Below are positions 1 through 9,786 of a DNA stretch of 64,000 nt, in pieces. How positions within the stretch are numbered: the first letter of the stretch is position 1; the number at the start of each line of letters is the position of its first letter. Made by a program: the position numbers and the translations under genes. This DNA is from an uncultured Myxococcales bacterium (GTDB lineage Bacteria > Myxococcota > Kuafuiibacteriia > Kuafuiibacteriales > Kuafuiibacteriaceae), in assembly GCA_964473255.1 (NCBI GenBank), contig CAYYOT010000018.1, positions 1,153 through 65,152 of the forward strand. The letters run 5' to 3'. The notes under the pieces are model-generated. The model ran no database searches. It was not told where the DNA came from and worked only from the letters and a program-made list of their open reading frames with translations.

Positions 1-2
1 TC

Positions 3-83
3 GGACTCGACCCGGAGGAAGTCGACCGTCGCTTCGCCCGGTACCGGCAGGCTCACCTCGCCGAGCCGGCGACTCCGCCGTAA
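3..83 (+). CDS. 3' end of a gene running in from the left edge; probable sulfotransferase-family protein (partial)
   Basis: Frame 3 reads GLDPEEVDRRFARYRQAHLAEPATPP* (TAA 81-83), resembling the GLD..E...RF..Y tail of sulfotransferase-family proteins; only 26 codons visible. Confidence 0.45.
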   Translation, partial: GLDPEEVDRRFARYRQAHLAEPATPP

Positions 84-1687
84 GCCACTCCGGTCAGCTC
101 GGCGATGTCCCTCTTGAACGTCGTGAGATCCCGCAGCTCGAAGTCCGCCAACGAGCGGTGCCCGCAGGCCCGGGCGAGCACCTTCATCAACTCGATGGTT
201 GCCGTCAGGTAGCGGTGAAGACGTTCGGCCGAACGCTCGATGACGAGGCGCGCGCGAAGGTGGTCCTTCTGGGTGGCGATCCCCACCGGACAGTTGTTCG
301 TATGGCACGCCCGCATGCCCAGACAACCGATCGCCTGAAGCGCAGAGTTCGAGACGGCGACACCGTCGGCGCCGAGAGCGAGGGCTTTGACGAAGTCGCT
401 CTCCGTCCGCAGTCCTCCCGTGACGATCAAGGTGACGCCTTCGGTTCGCCGGGCATTCAGGTGACGTCGCGCCCGCGCGAGCGCGGCCATGGTCGGCACG
501 CTAATGTTGTTCTTGAAGATGTCGGGTGCGGAGCCCGTCCCCCCACCGCGACCGTCCAGGATGATGTAGTCGGCACTCGCCTCGAGGGCGAAATCGATGT
601 CGTCCTCGACATGCTGGGCGCTCATCTTGAAGCCCACGGGAATGCCGCCGCTCGCTTCGCGAACCTGGTCGGCTACCCTCCGAAAATCGTCGGTCGTACT
701 GAGGTCGGAAAACGTCGCCGGACTGATCGCGGGCTCTCCGGGCTCGAGCCCGCGCACCTCGGCGATCTTGCCCCGGACCTTGTCCCCGGGAAGATGTCCG
801 CCGGTGCCCGTCTTGGCGCCTTGTCCGGCCTTGAAGTGAAAGGCCTGGACGACCTTCACGTTGTCCAAGTTCCAGGAGAACCTGCCCGACGCGAGCTCGT
901 AGAAATACCGGCCGTTCTTCGCCTGCTCCTCGGGAAGCATGCCGCCTTCCCCGGAGCAGATGCCCGTCCCCGCCCGATCCGCGCCGAGGGCCAAGGCTTC
1001 CTTCGCTTCCTGACTGACCGCCCCGAAGCTCATGTCGCTCACGAAGATCGGGATATCGAGCTCCAGCGGACGCTTGGCGTGGGGCCCGATCACGAGCTTC
1101 GTGTCGACGGGAACCTCGTCGAGGAGAGGCTTCTTCGCGAGCTGGGCAGTGAGGAGCTGGATGTCGTCCCAGCTGGGAAGGTCCTCGCGGGGAACGCCCA
1201 TCGCGGAGCTCTTGCCGTGGTGCCCGATCTTGGAGAGGCCTTCCTGGGCCAACTGCTGAATGTAGCCGTTGTGCGGTTCGTCCGGAGTGCCGTGGATGTC
1301 CTGATACAAGCCGAGGTAGGCCTTCCGATCGTAGGGCTGTGGATTGTCCGTGGCCCACGCTCGAATCTCCGCCTCGTCGACGAAGACCTCGTCCTTATCG
1401 ATCCACGACTCGAACCGGTGAAGAACCTCGTTCGGATTGTAGGAACTGACGCCCGTGCGGAACTGATAGTCCCATCCGTGTACGCCGCAGACGATGTTGT
1501 CGCCATCGATATGGCCGTCAGCCATGAGGGCCCCGCGGTGCAGGCAGCGTCCATAGAGCACAGAAACCCGATCGTCATGTCGGATGACGACCAGGTCGAC
1601 GTCGGCGACGAGGGCATAGGCGGGCGTTCGGTCGGCCAGCTCGGTCAGTCGAGCCACGGAGACCGCGGAGGCGTTCTTGGTGTTCAT
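53..1687 (-). CDS. Rieske [2Fe-2S] domain fused to FMN-binding glutamate synthase-like domain
   Basis: Rieske motifs CLHRG and CGVHGW; GltS motifs SDMSFG, SGEGG, KAGQGAKTGTGGHLPG, DGRGGGTG, TGGLRT; [3Fe-4S] motif CLGMRACHTNNC. Confidence 0.9.
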   Translation of the reverse strand: MNTKNASAVSVARLTELADRTPAYALVADVDLVVIRHDDRVSVLYGRCLHRGALMADGHIDGDNIVCGVHGWDYQFRTGVSSYNPNEVLHRFESWIDKDEVFVDEAEIRAWATDNPQPYDRKAYLGLYQDIHGTPDEPHNGYIQQLAQEGLSKIGHHGKSSAMGVPREDLPSWDDIQLLTAQLAKKPLLDEVPVDTKLVIGPHAKRPLELDIPIFVSDMSFGAVSQEAKEALALGADRAGTGICSGEGGMLPEEQAKNGRYFYELASGRFSWNLDNVKVVQAFHFKAGQGAKTGTGGHLPGDKVRGKIAEVRGLEPGEPAISPATFSDLSTTDDFRRVADQVREASGGIPVGFKMSAQHVEDDIDFALEASADYIILDGRGGGTGSAPDIFKNNISVPTMAALARARRHLNARRTEGVTLIVTGGLRTESDFVKALALGADGVAVSNSALQAIGCLGMRACHTNNCPVGIATQKDHLRARLVIERSAERLHRYLTATIELMKVLARACGHRSLADFELRDLTTFKRDIAELTGVAYGGVAGSAR

Positions 1688-1691
1688 TGCT

Positions 1692-2813
1692 TTAGAGCTC
1701 CTTCTTTTGGGCGAGCGTCAATCGAGCCGCGGTCATCGCTCGACCCTCCGGATCGTCGATCCAGGCCACGAATATCTGGTAGCCCACGGCTAGTACCACA
1801 GCCCCGACGAATAAACCGATGATCCCGGTGGAGACCATCCCTCCGATGGCCCCCAGTAGGATGACCACCATGGGTACGTTGACTCCCCGTCCGAGTAACA
1901 GCGGTTTCAAGAAAGTATCGCTCGAACCGACGATCAGTCCATAGATGGTGAAGAGCACCGCTACGGTGGTGCTCTTGGCGGTAAAGGCCCAGAACATGAC
2001 CGGACCCAGGACCAAAATGGGCGGAAGCTGCACGACGGCCAAAACCAGGACGAAGAGCGACCAGAGCATCGCCGCCGGCACGCCGACGACGAGCATCCCG
2101 ACCGCGGCCAGGAGAGATTGAATGACCGCGATCCCCAAAACGCCCTGAAACACGCTGCGTACGGTTCTGATGGCCAGATCGACGAACGGCTCGCCGCTGG
2201 AACCGGCAAGCCGGGTGGCAAACTTCAGGGCGAAGGCGCGAGCTTGTTCGGCGGACAGCAGAAGCCACCCTGCGATGAGAATCGAGACGAAGAACTGGAG
2301 CGTCGCCGACGCGAGCCCGCCCAAGGCGCCCAGACACCAGGCCCCCGCCCGCTGCAGCTCGGGAGCCAGGCGAGTCAGCGTCTTGTCGAGACTCTCCGAC
2401 GCCTCCAGCCAGCGCTCGTACAGCACTTCGCCCACCACGGGCCACTCCCGAACGCTCGGCGGCGGCGGAGGCACGTCGAGGTCGCCGGCCTGAGCGCTGC
2501 GAGCCACCAGTCGCACCTCCTGGATCGTCGCGGTGAAAAACCACGCGCTGGGAACCAGCAGAAGAGCCAGCATGACCAGGGTGATGAAGAGCGCGCTGGT
2601 GCGCGGCCCAATGCCGGCTCGCTTCATGAGCCCGAGTTGAAGCGGGCGAAGCGAGACCGACAGGATGGCCGACCAGGCGACGACCGGCACGAAGGGTCGG
2701 ACGATGCTCAGCGACCAAATCGACACCAGGGCCAAGAGACCGATGCGAATGAAGGCCTCCACGCTGAGCTTGAGGGTGCGCGCCTCGCGGTCCACGACCG
2801 GCTCGGTTGTCAT
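1692..2813 (-). CDS. AI-2E family transporter
   Basis: Multi-TM protein with the typical C-terminal FLKPLLLGRGVNVPMVVILLGAIGG...GIIGLFVGAVVL; start set at MTTEP (2813). Confidence 0.88.
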   Translation of the reverse strand: MTTEPVVDREARTLKLSVEAFIRIGLLALVSIWSLSIVRPFVPVVAWSAILSVSLRPLQLGLMKRAGIGPRTSALFITLVMLALLLVPSAWFFTATIQEVRLVARSAQAGDLDVPPPPPSVREWPVVGEVLYERWLEASESLDKTLTRLAPELQRAGAWCLGALGGLASATLQFFVSILIAGWLLLSAEQARAFALKFATRLAGSSGEPFVDLAIRTVRSVFQGVLGIAVIQSLLAAVGMLVVGVPAAMLWSLFVLVLAVVQLPPILVLGPVMFWAFTAKSTTVAVLFTIYGLIVGSSDTFLKPLLLGRGVNVPMVVILLGAIGGMVSTGIIGLFVGAVVLAVGYQIFVAWIDDPEGRAMTAARLTLAQKKEL

Positions 2814-2883
2814 GATGGGGAGCACCGGTAGCACTAGCTGGGGGTCCAGGACCAGCGAGGCCCCGTGGTACAGGTACGTGGAA

Positions 2884-3855
2884 ATGGCACGCTACGACGG
2901 GATCCTATCCGCTCTGGCCGGCGCGCTCGGCCAACGCTCCTCGAGCGCCGACATCTCCTTGAGCGAAGACGATAGTCGGCTCGATGGGCAGCGAGCCCTG
3001 GTCACCGGGGCGAACACTGGCCTCGGCCGGGCGGTCGCGCGGCAGCTGGCCCAGCGAGGCGCCGACCTGGTGGTGGCCGGTCGCACCGATGCCCGCGATG
3101 TCTGGGAGGAGTTTCGATCGACGGGGAGGAGCGTCGAGTATCGGTACGTCGATCTTTCGGATCTGCAGAGCGTACGCAGGCTGGTGGAGACCTTGGGCGA
3201 CGGCGCCCCTTTCGACGTAGTGGTCTCGAACGCCGGCGTCGTTCCCGGTCGCGCCCGACGAACCCCTCAGGGCATCGAAGAGATGTTCGCCGTGAACTTC
3301 CTCTCCTGCTTCATGCTCCTCGACCGACTCCTGGACCAGGGGCTCATCCGCGGTTCTCGAACGCACCCGCGGATCGTGATCGTGACCTCGGAATCGCATC
3401 GAAGCGCCCGGCCCATCGACTGGGAGCGCTTCGGCGCGTTTCGCGACTACGGCATGGGCGGGTCGATGGCCGAGTACGCGACGAACAAGTTCCTCCTAAC
3501 CGCGCTCGCTCGTGAGCTGGGACGGCGCCGCGCCCAAGATGATTTCGTGGCCGTCCACAGCATCTGCCCCGGTCCGGTCAACAGCCGGATCGCCCGGGAA
3601 GCACCCGCGTGGGCCCAACCCCTGCTAGGGCTGGTGTTCACCGCGTTCTTTCGGTCCCCGGAGGCGGCCGCGAAGCCGGTGGTTCATCTGGCGTCGAGCT
3701 CCACGCTCGAAGGGCAAACAGGCATCTATCTTCACCACTGGACGCCGAAGGAGGTCCACCCTGAAGCCGAAGCGCCGGAGACCGGCGACCGCTTGTTCCG
3801 CGCGAGCCAGACCTTGATTTCTCGTCTGGCGACCGGCCCCGTCTCCGCGACTTGA
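2884..3855 (+). CDS. SDR family oxidoreductase (retinol dehydrogenase-like)
   Basis: TGANTGLG Rossmann motif, NAG, YATNK catalytic motif; start moved to ATG 2884 to avoid overlap with the divergent gene. Confidence 0.85.
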   Translation: MARYDGILSALAGALGQRSSSADISLSEDDSRLDGQRALVTGANTGLGRAVARQLAQRGADLVVAGRTDARDVWEEFRSTGRSVEYRYVDLSDLQSVRRLVETLGDGAPFDVVVSNAGVVPGRARRTPQGIEEMFAVNFLSCFMLLDRLLDQGLIRGSRTHPRIVIVTSESHRSARPIDWERFGAFRDYGMGGSMAEYATNKFLLTALARELGRRRAQDDFVAVHSICPGPVNSRIAREAPAWAQPLLGLVFTAFFRSPEAAAKPVVHLASSSTLEGQTGIYLHHWTPKEVHPEAEAPETGDRLFRASQTLISRLATGPVSAT

Positions 3856-3910
3856 CCGTCGGGGCCATCGGGCTGGTTGCCGCGCTGTGCCGAACGGAGG
3901 AAGAGAGCAC

Positions 3911-4561
3911 GTGGCGTCCACCGTAGAATTCCATTTCGACTTCATCTCTCCGTACGCCTACCTCGGTTGGAAGATCGGTCGGCCGGCGCTCACCCGGGCC
4001 GGGGCCAATCTGAGGAACCATCCGGTCTTGTTCGCCGCCCTGCTCGATCGGCACGGGCACAAGGGCCCGGCCGAAATAGCGACCAAGAAGCAGTACACGT
4101 TCAAGCACGTGCGGCGATTGGCGCACGACGCAAAGATCCCGCTCGTGCCACCTCCCACCCATCCTTTCCTTCCGCTCCTCGCTCTGCGGATCGCAGGACT
4201 CGCCGACGGTGCCGACCAGGTTCGGATCATCGACGCGCTCTTCGATGCGGCGTGGGCCCGAGGCGTCGGTGTCGAAGCTTCCGACGTCGTGTGCAAGACG
4301 CTGGAGGAAGCCGGGCTGCCAGGTCGCGAGCTCGTGGATGAAGCGACCACGCAGGAAGCGAAAGACCGCCTGCGCCGGAGCACCGAGCGGGCCCTCGAGC
4401 GAGGCGTCTTCGGCGTGCCCACGTTTATCGTGGGAGCTGAGCTCTTCTGGGGTGTGGACTCCGTTCCTCATGTCGTGCGGTATCTTCGCGGTGAGGATCC
4501 GGTGACCGACGAGGATGTCGCGCGCTACGCAAGCCTCCGTCCCTCCGCGGAGCGGCGATGA
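3911..4561 (+). CDS. 2-hydroxychromene-2-carboxylate isomerase / DsbA-like (kappa GST) protein
   Basis: FHFDFISPYAYLG at the N-terminus and GVFGVPTFIVGAELFWG near the C-terminus. Confidence 0.88.
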   Translation: MASTVEFHFDFISPYAYLGWKIGRPALTRAGANLRNHPVLFAALLDRHGHKGPAEIATKKQYTFKHVRRLAHDAKIPLVPPPTHPFLPLLALRIAGLADGADQVRIIDALFDAAWARGVGVEASDVVCKTLEEAGLPGRELVDEATTQEAKDRLRRSTERALERGVFGVPTFIVGAELFWGVDSVPHVVRYLRGEDPVTDEDVARYASLRPSAERR

Positions 4562-6222
4562 CCGGGAACGCTCAACCTCTGTGGGTGAAAGGCGACCTCG
4601 ATGGCTTCTTTGGGCTCGCCATCGATAACCTGATCCAGTTCCTCCTCATCGTGGGCCTCGGGCAGGCGGTGCTCGGTTTTCCTCGGGAGCTGATTCTGGG
4701 CCGCATTCTGCCGGGAGCATGTCTCTCGATCGTGGTCGGGAACGTCTTCTACGCTTGGCAAGCCCAGCGCCTTTCGGCGCGAAGCGGACGTCGGGACGTG
4801 ACGGCGTTGCCCTACGGCATCAACACGCCATCGCTCTTCGCCTTCGTCTTTCTGGTGATGCTCCCCGTCCGGCTGGCGGCGGTGGAGGAGGGCCTTCCGC
4901 CGGGTGAGGCTTCCCTCGTCGCGTGGCAGGTCGGGCTCGCCGCGTGTCTGGTCTCGGGGGCGATCGAACTCGCGGGATCCAGCATCGGATCCTGGGTGCG
5001 CCGGGTGACCCCTCGAGCCGCACTCCTGTCGACGCTCGCGGGCATCGCCATCTCGTTCATCGCGATCGATTTCGCGCTTCGCACCTTCGAATCACCGCTG
5101 GTCGCCATGCTCCCTTTAGCCGTCATCCTGGCCGCCTACTTCGCGCGGATCTCGCTGCCCGGAGGCCTCCCCGGGGGCTTGGTCGCCGTCGGTTTCGGAA
5201 CCGCTTCGGCCTGGCTCCTCGCCTGGCTGAAGCCGGAGGCTGCCCCGGTCAGCGCCGAAGCCGTGATCGACGGAGCCGCTCTAGTGGGCGTCTACTTTCC
5301 ACTTCCGCTCGTCGGCGATGTAGCCGCCGGACTCGGCCATCCTTTGTTCTGGCGCTTCTTCGTCCCCGTCATCCTCCCCATGGGTTTATTCAATGTCCTC
5401 GGCTCCCTGCAGAACGTCGAGTCCGCCGAAGCCGCCGGAGACTCCTATCCGACCGGACCAAGCATGGCGATGAACGGGGCGGGGTCGATGGTGGCGGCCA
5501 TCTTCGGGTCGTGCTTTCCAACCACGATCTATATCGGGCATCCGGGCTGGAAGGCACTCGGTGCGCGCTCGGGCTACTCCCTCGCCAACGCGGCATTCTT
5601 CGTGGTGCTGGCTACCTTCGGGCTGGGAAATTTCGTCGCGGCCATCATCCCCATCGAGGCCGGGATCGCCATCGTGCTCTACATCGGATTGGTGATCACG
5701 GCCCAAGCCTTCCAGACGTCGCCCTCCCGCCACGCGCCGGCGGTCGCCGTCGGCCTGTTTCCCGCCATCGCCGCCTGGGGCGTTCTCGTCATGACCCAAA
5801 CGCTCGGAGCCGCCGGCATCGCCGAGGGCGACCCGGGTCTCGCGGGACGCGTACTGACCAATCCGGATGCCTTCGGGCAAGCTGGGCTACACCTGGAGGG
5901 TCTGGCCGCGACGAGCCAAGGCTTTCTGCTGACGTGCATGGTATGGTCGGCGGCCGCCGCCCTTCTGATCGATCAGCACTTTCGTCCAGCCGCCGCTTGG
6001 ATGGCCTCCGGCGCGGTTCTGTCCTTCTTTGGCTTCATGCACGCCGGGCGCATCGGCCCGGCGGGAGGGACCTACGAGCTGGGCTTTGGCGTCGGCGCGC
6101 AGTGGGCGCTGGCCTACGGGCTCACTTCGGGGTTTCTCGTGTTGTTGGGAGCAACGCATGCTGCGGCGTCCAAGGAAGGCGTCGCCCCCGGACCCGCACC
6201 CATGAAACAGGAGGGTCCATGA
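4558..6222 (+). CDS. NCS2/AzgA-like xanthine-uracil family permease
   Basis: GDLDGFFGL, TALPYGINTP, FPTTIYIGHPGWK motifs; many TM helices; ATGA overlap with the upstream gene. Confidence 0.85.
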   Translation: MTGNAQPLWVKGDLDGFFGLAIDNLIQFLLIVGLGQAVLGFPRELILGRILPGACLSIVVGNVFYAWQAQRLSARSGRRDVTALPYGINTPSLFAFVFLVMLPVRLAAVEEGLPPGEASLVAWQVGLAACLVSGAIELAGSSIGSWVRRVTPRAALLSTLAGIAISFIAIDFALRTFESPLVAMLPLAVILAAYFARISLPGGLPGGLVAVGFGTASAWLLAWLKPEAAPVSAEAVIDGAALVGVYFPLPLVGDVAAGLGHPLFWRFFVPVILPMGLFNVLGSLQNVESAEAAGDSYPTGPSMAMNGAGSMVAAIFGSCFPTTIYIGHPGWKALGARSGYSLANAAFFVVLATFGLGNFVAAIIPIEAGIAIVLYIGLVITAQAFQTSPSRHAPAVAVGLFPAIAAWGVLVMTQTLGAAGIAEGDPGLAGRVLTNPDAFGQAGLHLEGLAATSQGFLLTCMVWSAAAALLIDQHFRPAAAWMASGAVLSFFGFMHAGRIGPAGGTYELGFGVGAQWALAYGLTSGFLVLLGATHAAASKEGVAPGPAPMKQEGP

Positions 6223-7235
6223 ACCGTCCGGTCGATCTGCGCAGTGACACCATGACCCGCCCCACTCCGGGAATGCTCGAGGCGATGATGTCGGCGGAGG
6301 TCGGCGACGACGTCTGGGGCGAGGATCCCTCGGTTCACGCGCTGGAGACCCAGGTCGCCGAGACCTTCGCCCACGAAGCGGCCGTCTTCTGTCCGTCGGG
6401 GACGATGACCAATCAGATTGCACTTCGGGTGCACCTGCAGCCGGGCGATGAGGTGATCTGCTCGTCGGAGGCCCACATCTACAACTACGAGGGCGGCGGC
6501 ATCGCGGCCAACGCGGGCGCCTCCGTCGCCTTCGCCACGTCGGAGCGCGGACGCTTCACGGCGGCCCAGGCCGAGGAGCGCGTCCGAACCGACGATCCAC
6601 ACCACCCGAGGACCCGTCTGATCGCCGTCGAGGACACCTCGAACCGCGGCGGGGGGGCCATTTGGCCCTCTTCCGACCTCCGAGCGCTGCGCAAGCTGGC
6701 GGACGCTCGAAGCCTGGCTCTCCATCTCGACGGAGCCCGTGTCTTCAACCGCCTGGTGGCCGCCGGTGATGCGCCGGAGGAGTACGGGCGTAACTTCGAC
6801 TCCCTTTCGGTCTGCCTTTCGAAAGGGCTGGGCGCGCCCGTGGGTTCGGTGCTGATCGGACCGAAGAGCTTCATCGCCCGCGCCCGCCGAATGCGCAAAC
6901 TCATGGGCGGCGGAATGCGTCAGGCGGGTTTCATGGCCGCCGCGGGACGCTATGCCCTCGATCACCACGTCGACCGACTCTCGGACGACCATCGCCGGGC
7001 GCGTGCGTTGGCCGAAGCGCTCGAGTCCTCCCCCGCCGTCCGCATGGTTCTGCCGGTCGAGACCAATATCGTGATCTTCGAACCGCTCGCAGCCGTGCCC
7101 GACGTGCTCGCTTCACTCGATGCTCGCGGAGTCAAAGCCGCAGGCATGGGCGCGAGAATCCGATTCGTCACCCACCTCGACATCGATGACCAGGGTGTCG
7201 ATCGCACGCTCGATGCGCTCGCGAAGCTGCGCTGA
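6219..7235 (+). CDS. ltaE: Low-specificity L-threonine aldolase (PLP)
   Basis: DLRSDTMT, PSGTMTNQ, HLDGARVFN, SVCLSKGLGAPVGS, GGGMRQAG; ATG 6219 overlaps the permease stop and follows GAGGG. Confidence 0.93.
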   Translation: MNRPVDLRSDTMTRPTPGMLEAMMSAEVGDDVWGEDPSVHALETQVAETFAHEAAVFCPSGTMTNQIALRVHLQPGDEVICSSEAHIYNYEGGGIAANAGASVAFATSERGRFTAAQAEERVRTDDPHHPRTRLIAVEDTSNRGGGAIWPSSDLRALRKLADARSLALHLDGARVFNRLVAAGDAPEEYGRNFDSLSVCLSKGLGAPVGSVLIGPKSFIARARRMRKLMGGGMRQAGFMAAAGRYALDHHVDRLSDDHRRARALAEALESSPAVRMVLPVETNIVIFEPLAAVPDVLASLDARGVKAAGMGARIRFVTHLDIDDQGVDRTLDALAKLR

Positions 7236-7320
7236 AGCCCCGGAAAACGCCCGCTCGATTCCGCCGGCCGTCCCTACCTCGAGGCTCGCTCCCGTGCTGG
7301 GGAACTGATAGTCGAGGATC

Positions 7321-8532
7321 GTGTTGCTGGCCCTGGTCGAAGCACTACGGATCGGCCTGAAGAGCCTGATACGAAATCCCGGTCGAAGTGGGCTCACCAT
7401 CTTGGGCCTGGCGATCGGCGTGGCCGCTTTCATCGCGATGGTGAGTTTCGGAGACGGCGCCCGACGATCGGTGGTCAAGCAGTTCGAGGCGTTCGGCGTG
7501 AACGTCCTGACGGTGCGTCAGTCGGGAGCAGCGGCGGGCAAGGGAGCTCCCCAGGATCTCAGCGACCGTGACGTGGACGCTCTGCGGGACGCGCCGAGCG
7601 TCGAAGCCGTCGTCCCTCTACGACGACGCACGATGACCCTGAACGCCAATGGTCGACAGATACCGACCATCATCCACGGCACGACGCCGGGCTTCGAGAG
7701 CGTGCAGAGCTGGCGATTCTCCGCAGGTGGCATGTTCGACGAGACCGACGTCTTCACCCGGGCGAAGGTCTGCATCCTGGGTCAGACGCCGCTCAGGGAA
7801 CTCTTCGGCAATGATGACCCATTGGGCCAGGTCGTCACCGTCGACGACAAGCTTCGTTGCCGCGTGATCGGCGTTCTCGAGGGCAAGGGTGCGGCCACGT
7901 CGGGCCGAGACCTCGACGATCTCATGCTGATGCCCGCCACGACGTTCCATGCGTATGCCTACAGCGGCGACCGCGGATACTACCGCCTGATGGTCCAGCC
8001 GCGCTCCACGGACCTGCGCGACCGAGCACGCCAGGAGGTCGTGGAAGTGCTCCGCCGTACGCACGACCTACGCCCCGAAGCGCCCGACGACTTTGCCATC
8101 AGCAGTCCGGACGAAGCCACCCAGACCGTCCGGAGGGTCTCCTGGATCCTCACCGGCCTGCTCGCGGGCATCGCCGGCGTCTCCCTCCTCGTCGGCGGCA
8201 TCGGAATCATGAACATCCAGCTGGTGGCCGTCGCCGAGCGGACCCAGGAGATCGGCATACGCAGCGCCATCGGCGCATCACCCGGCCAGATCCTGCTGCA
8301 GTTCCTGCTGGAGGCGGTCCTGCTCGCTCTCGTCGGCACGGTTCTCGGCGCGGCGATGGGCATCGCGATCGCCATCGTCGTCGCTCAAGCCATGAACTGG
8401 GGCTCGGCGGTTCCGGTGAGTGCGGTGCTCGGGGCGGTGGCCTTCGGAGCCGGGGTCGGCGTGCTCTTCGGTTATCTCCCGGCTCAGCGCGCCGCCCGTT
8501 TGGACCCGATCGAGGCCTTGCGGCGGGAGTGA
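7321..8532 (+). CDS. MacB/FtsX-family ABC transporter permease
   Basis: RSGLTILGLAIGVAA, SLLVGGIGIMNI...ERTQEIGIR, PAQRAARLDPIEALRRE. Confidence 0.92.
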   Translation: MLLALVEALRIGLKSLIRNPGRSGLTILGLAIGVAAFIAMVSFGDGARRSVVKQFEAFGVNVLTVRQSGAAAGKGAPQDLSDRDVDALRDAPSVEAVVPLRRRTMTLNANGRQIPTIIHGTTPGFESVQSWRFSAGGMFDETDVFTRAKVCILGQTPLRELFGNDDPLGQVVTVDDKLRCRVIGVLEGKGAATSGRDLDDLMLMPATTFHAYAYSGDRGYYRLMVQPRSTDLRDRARQEVVEVLRRTHDLRPEAPDDFAISSPDEATQTVRRVSWILTGLLAGIAGVSLLVGGIGIMNIQLVAVAERTQEIGIRSAIGASPGQILLQFLLEAVLLALVGTVLGAAMGIAIAIVVAQAMNWGSAVPVSAVLGAVAFGAGVGVLFGYLPAQRAARLDPIEALRRE

Positions 8533-8598
8533 CCGCGGTCGCACGCCGTCGATGAAGGCTCGGCACACATCGTGTTCCGCGGTAACAGTCACCCATCC

Positions 8599-9786
8599 AT
8601 GAGGAATTCGTCCTCCGCTGGCGGTGCGAAAACGACCGCCGTGGCCGCTACGGCCGTCGTTCTCGTTCTGCTCGGCGCCTTCTGGATGCGACCGGCGAGC
8701 AGCGACGGGGCCGTCGCCTACCGGACCGCCCCCGTCCAGGCGATGGACCTCAAGGAGACCGTCGAGGCCACCGGTCGGCTGGCGGCGCGGGAGCCCCAGG
8801 TCGTCTCCGCGCCTCGTGCAGGCCGCCTGATCTCCGTCGAAGTCCAGCCGGGGATGCCGGTGGAGGCCGGCGATGTCCTGGCGCAGCTCGACGACGAACA
8901 GGTGGGCCTCGAGGTCAACCGCGCGTTGGCGCGGGTGGCGGGAGCCCGGGCCAAAGTGAGCCGAGCTCGAGCGGAGCTGGGCCAGGCGGCTGCGCATCTC
9001 GAGCGGACGGCGCGCCTGCACGACAAGTCTCAAGCCAGCCCCGCTGCTCTCGAACAGGCGAGCAGTTCCGAAGCGACGGCCCGAGCTTCCGTTCAGCTCG
9101 CGGAAGCCGACCTGAGAGAAGCCGAGCAGACGCTCGCGTCGGCCCGTGCCGATCAGCGAGGAACACGCATTCGGGCTCCGCGCTCGGGTGTCGTTCTGAC
9201 TACTCCCCATGAGCTCGGACAGATGGCGACGCCCAACGGACCGGTCCTCTTTCGGATATCCGCGCCTCTCGAACGACTGGAGGTCCATGCGGACGTCGGT
9301 GAAGCCGATATCGGGCGTCTGGCCGTCGGACAGTCGGCGAGCTTCGAGGTTCGGGCCTTTCCCGGCGAATGGTTCGAAGCGACCGTCACGCGGATCGGCG
9401 TGGTCGCCACCCGCCGCGCCGGCCTCGCCACCTATCCCATCACCCTGGAGTCCGCGAATCCGGACGGACGCCTTCGGCCAGGGATGTCAGCCGCCGTTCG
9501 ATTCGAAGTGGATCGGTCGGACGACTGCCTCGCCGTCAAGGAAGCCGCCCTGCGTTTTCAACCTCGGGGAGCGTCGGAAGCCCCGCCCCGATCCCGGGTC
9601 TTCAAGCGAAGCGAAGACGGGGAGATCGCCGAGATCGCGGTTCGCACCGGCGTTTCCGACGGGGCGCATACCGAGGTGGTGCCCGAGAACGCAGACGTGC
9701 TGCGCGCCGGAGACGAGGTCATCTTGGGCTATGACACGGGTCCCCAGCGCACCGGACCCGACGTATCCTTGGGGGGCAAGCGGTGA
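8599..9786 (+). CDS. MacA/HlyD-type periplasmic adaptor subunit
   Basis: N-terminal TM, lipoyl-like halves (VEAGDVLAQLD, IRAPRSGVV), coiled coil, LRPGMSA. Confidence 0.88.
   Translation: MRNSSSAGGAKTTAVAATAVVLVLLGAFWMRPASSDGAVAYRTAPVQAMDLKETVEATGRLAAREPQVVSAPRAGRLISVEVQPGMPVEAGDVLAQLDDEQVGLEVNRALARVAGARAKVSRARAELGQAAAHLERTARLHDKSQASPAALEQASSSEATARASVQLAEADLREAEQTLASARADQRGTRIRAPRSGVVLTTPHELGQMATPNGPVLFRISAPLERLEVHADVGEADIGRLAVGQSASFEVRAFPGEWFEATVTRIGVVATRRAGLATYPITLESANPDGRLRPGMSAAVRFEVDRSDDCLAVKEAALRFQPRGASEAPPRSRVFKRSEDGEIAEIAVRTGVSDGAHTEVVPENADVLRAGDEVILGYDTGPQRTGPDVSLGGKR

Noticed and set aside
158-1822. 554-aa plus-strand ORF and similar long antisense ORFs (e.g. 36661-38355, 57844-59379)
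   Set aside because: Mirror frames of well-supported genes on the opposite strand.
4923-6218. Apparent 770-aa threonine aldolase with a long N-terminal extension
   Set aside because: The extension is an alternative frame of the permease; the real start is ATG 6219 with SD and ATGA coupling.
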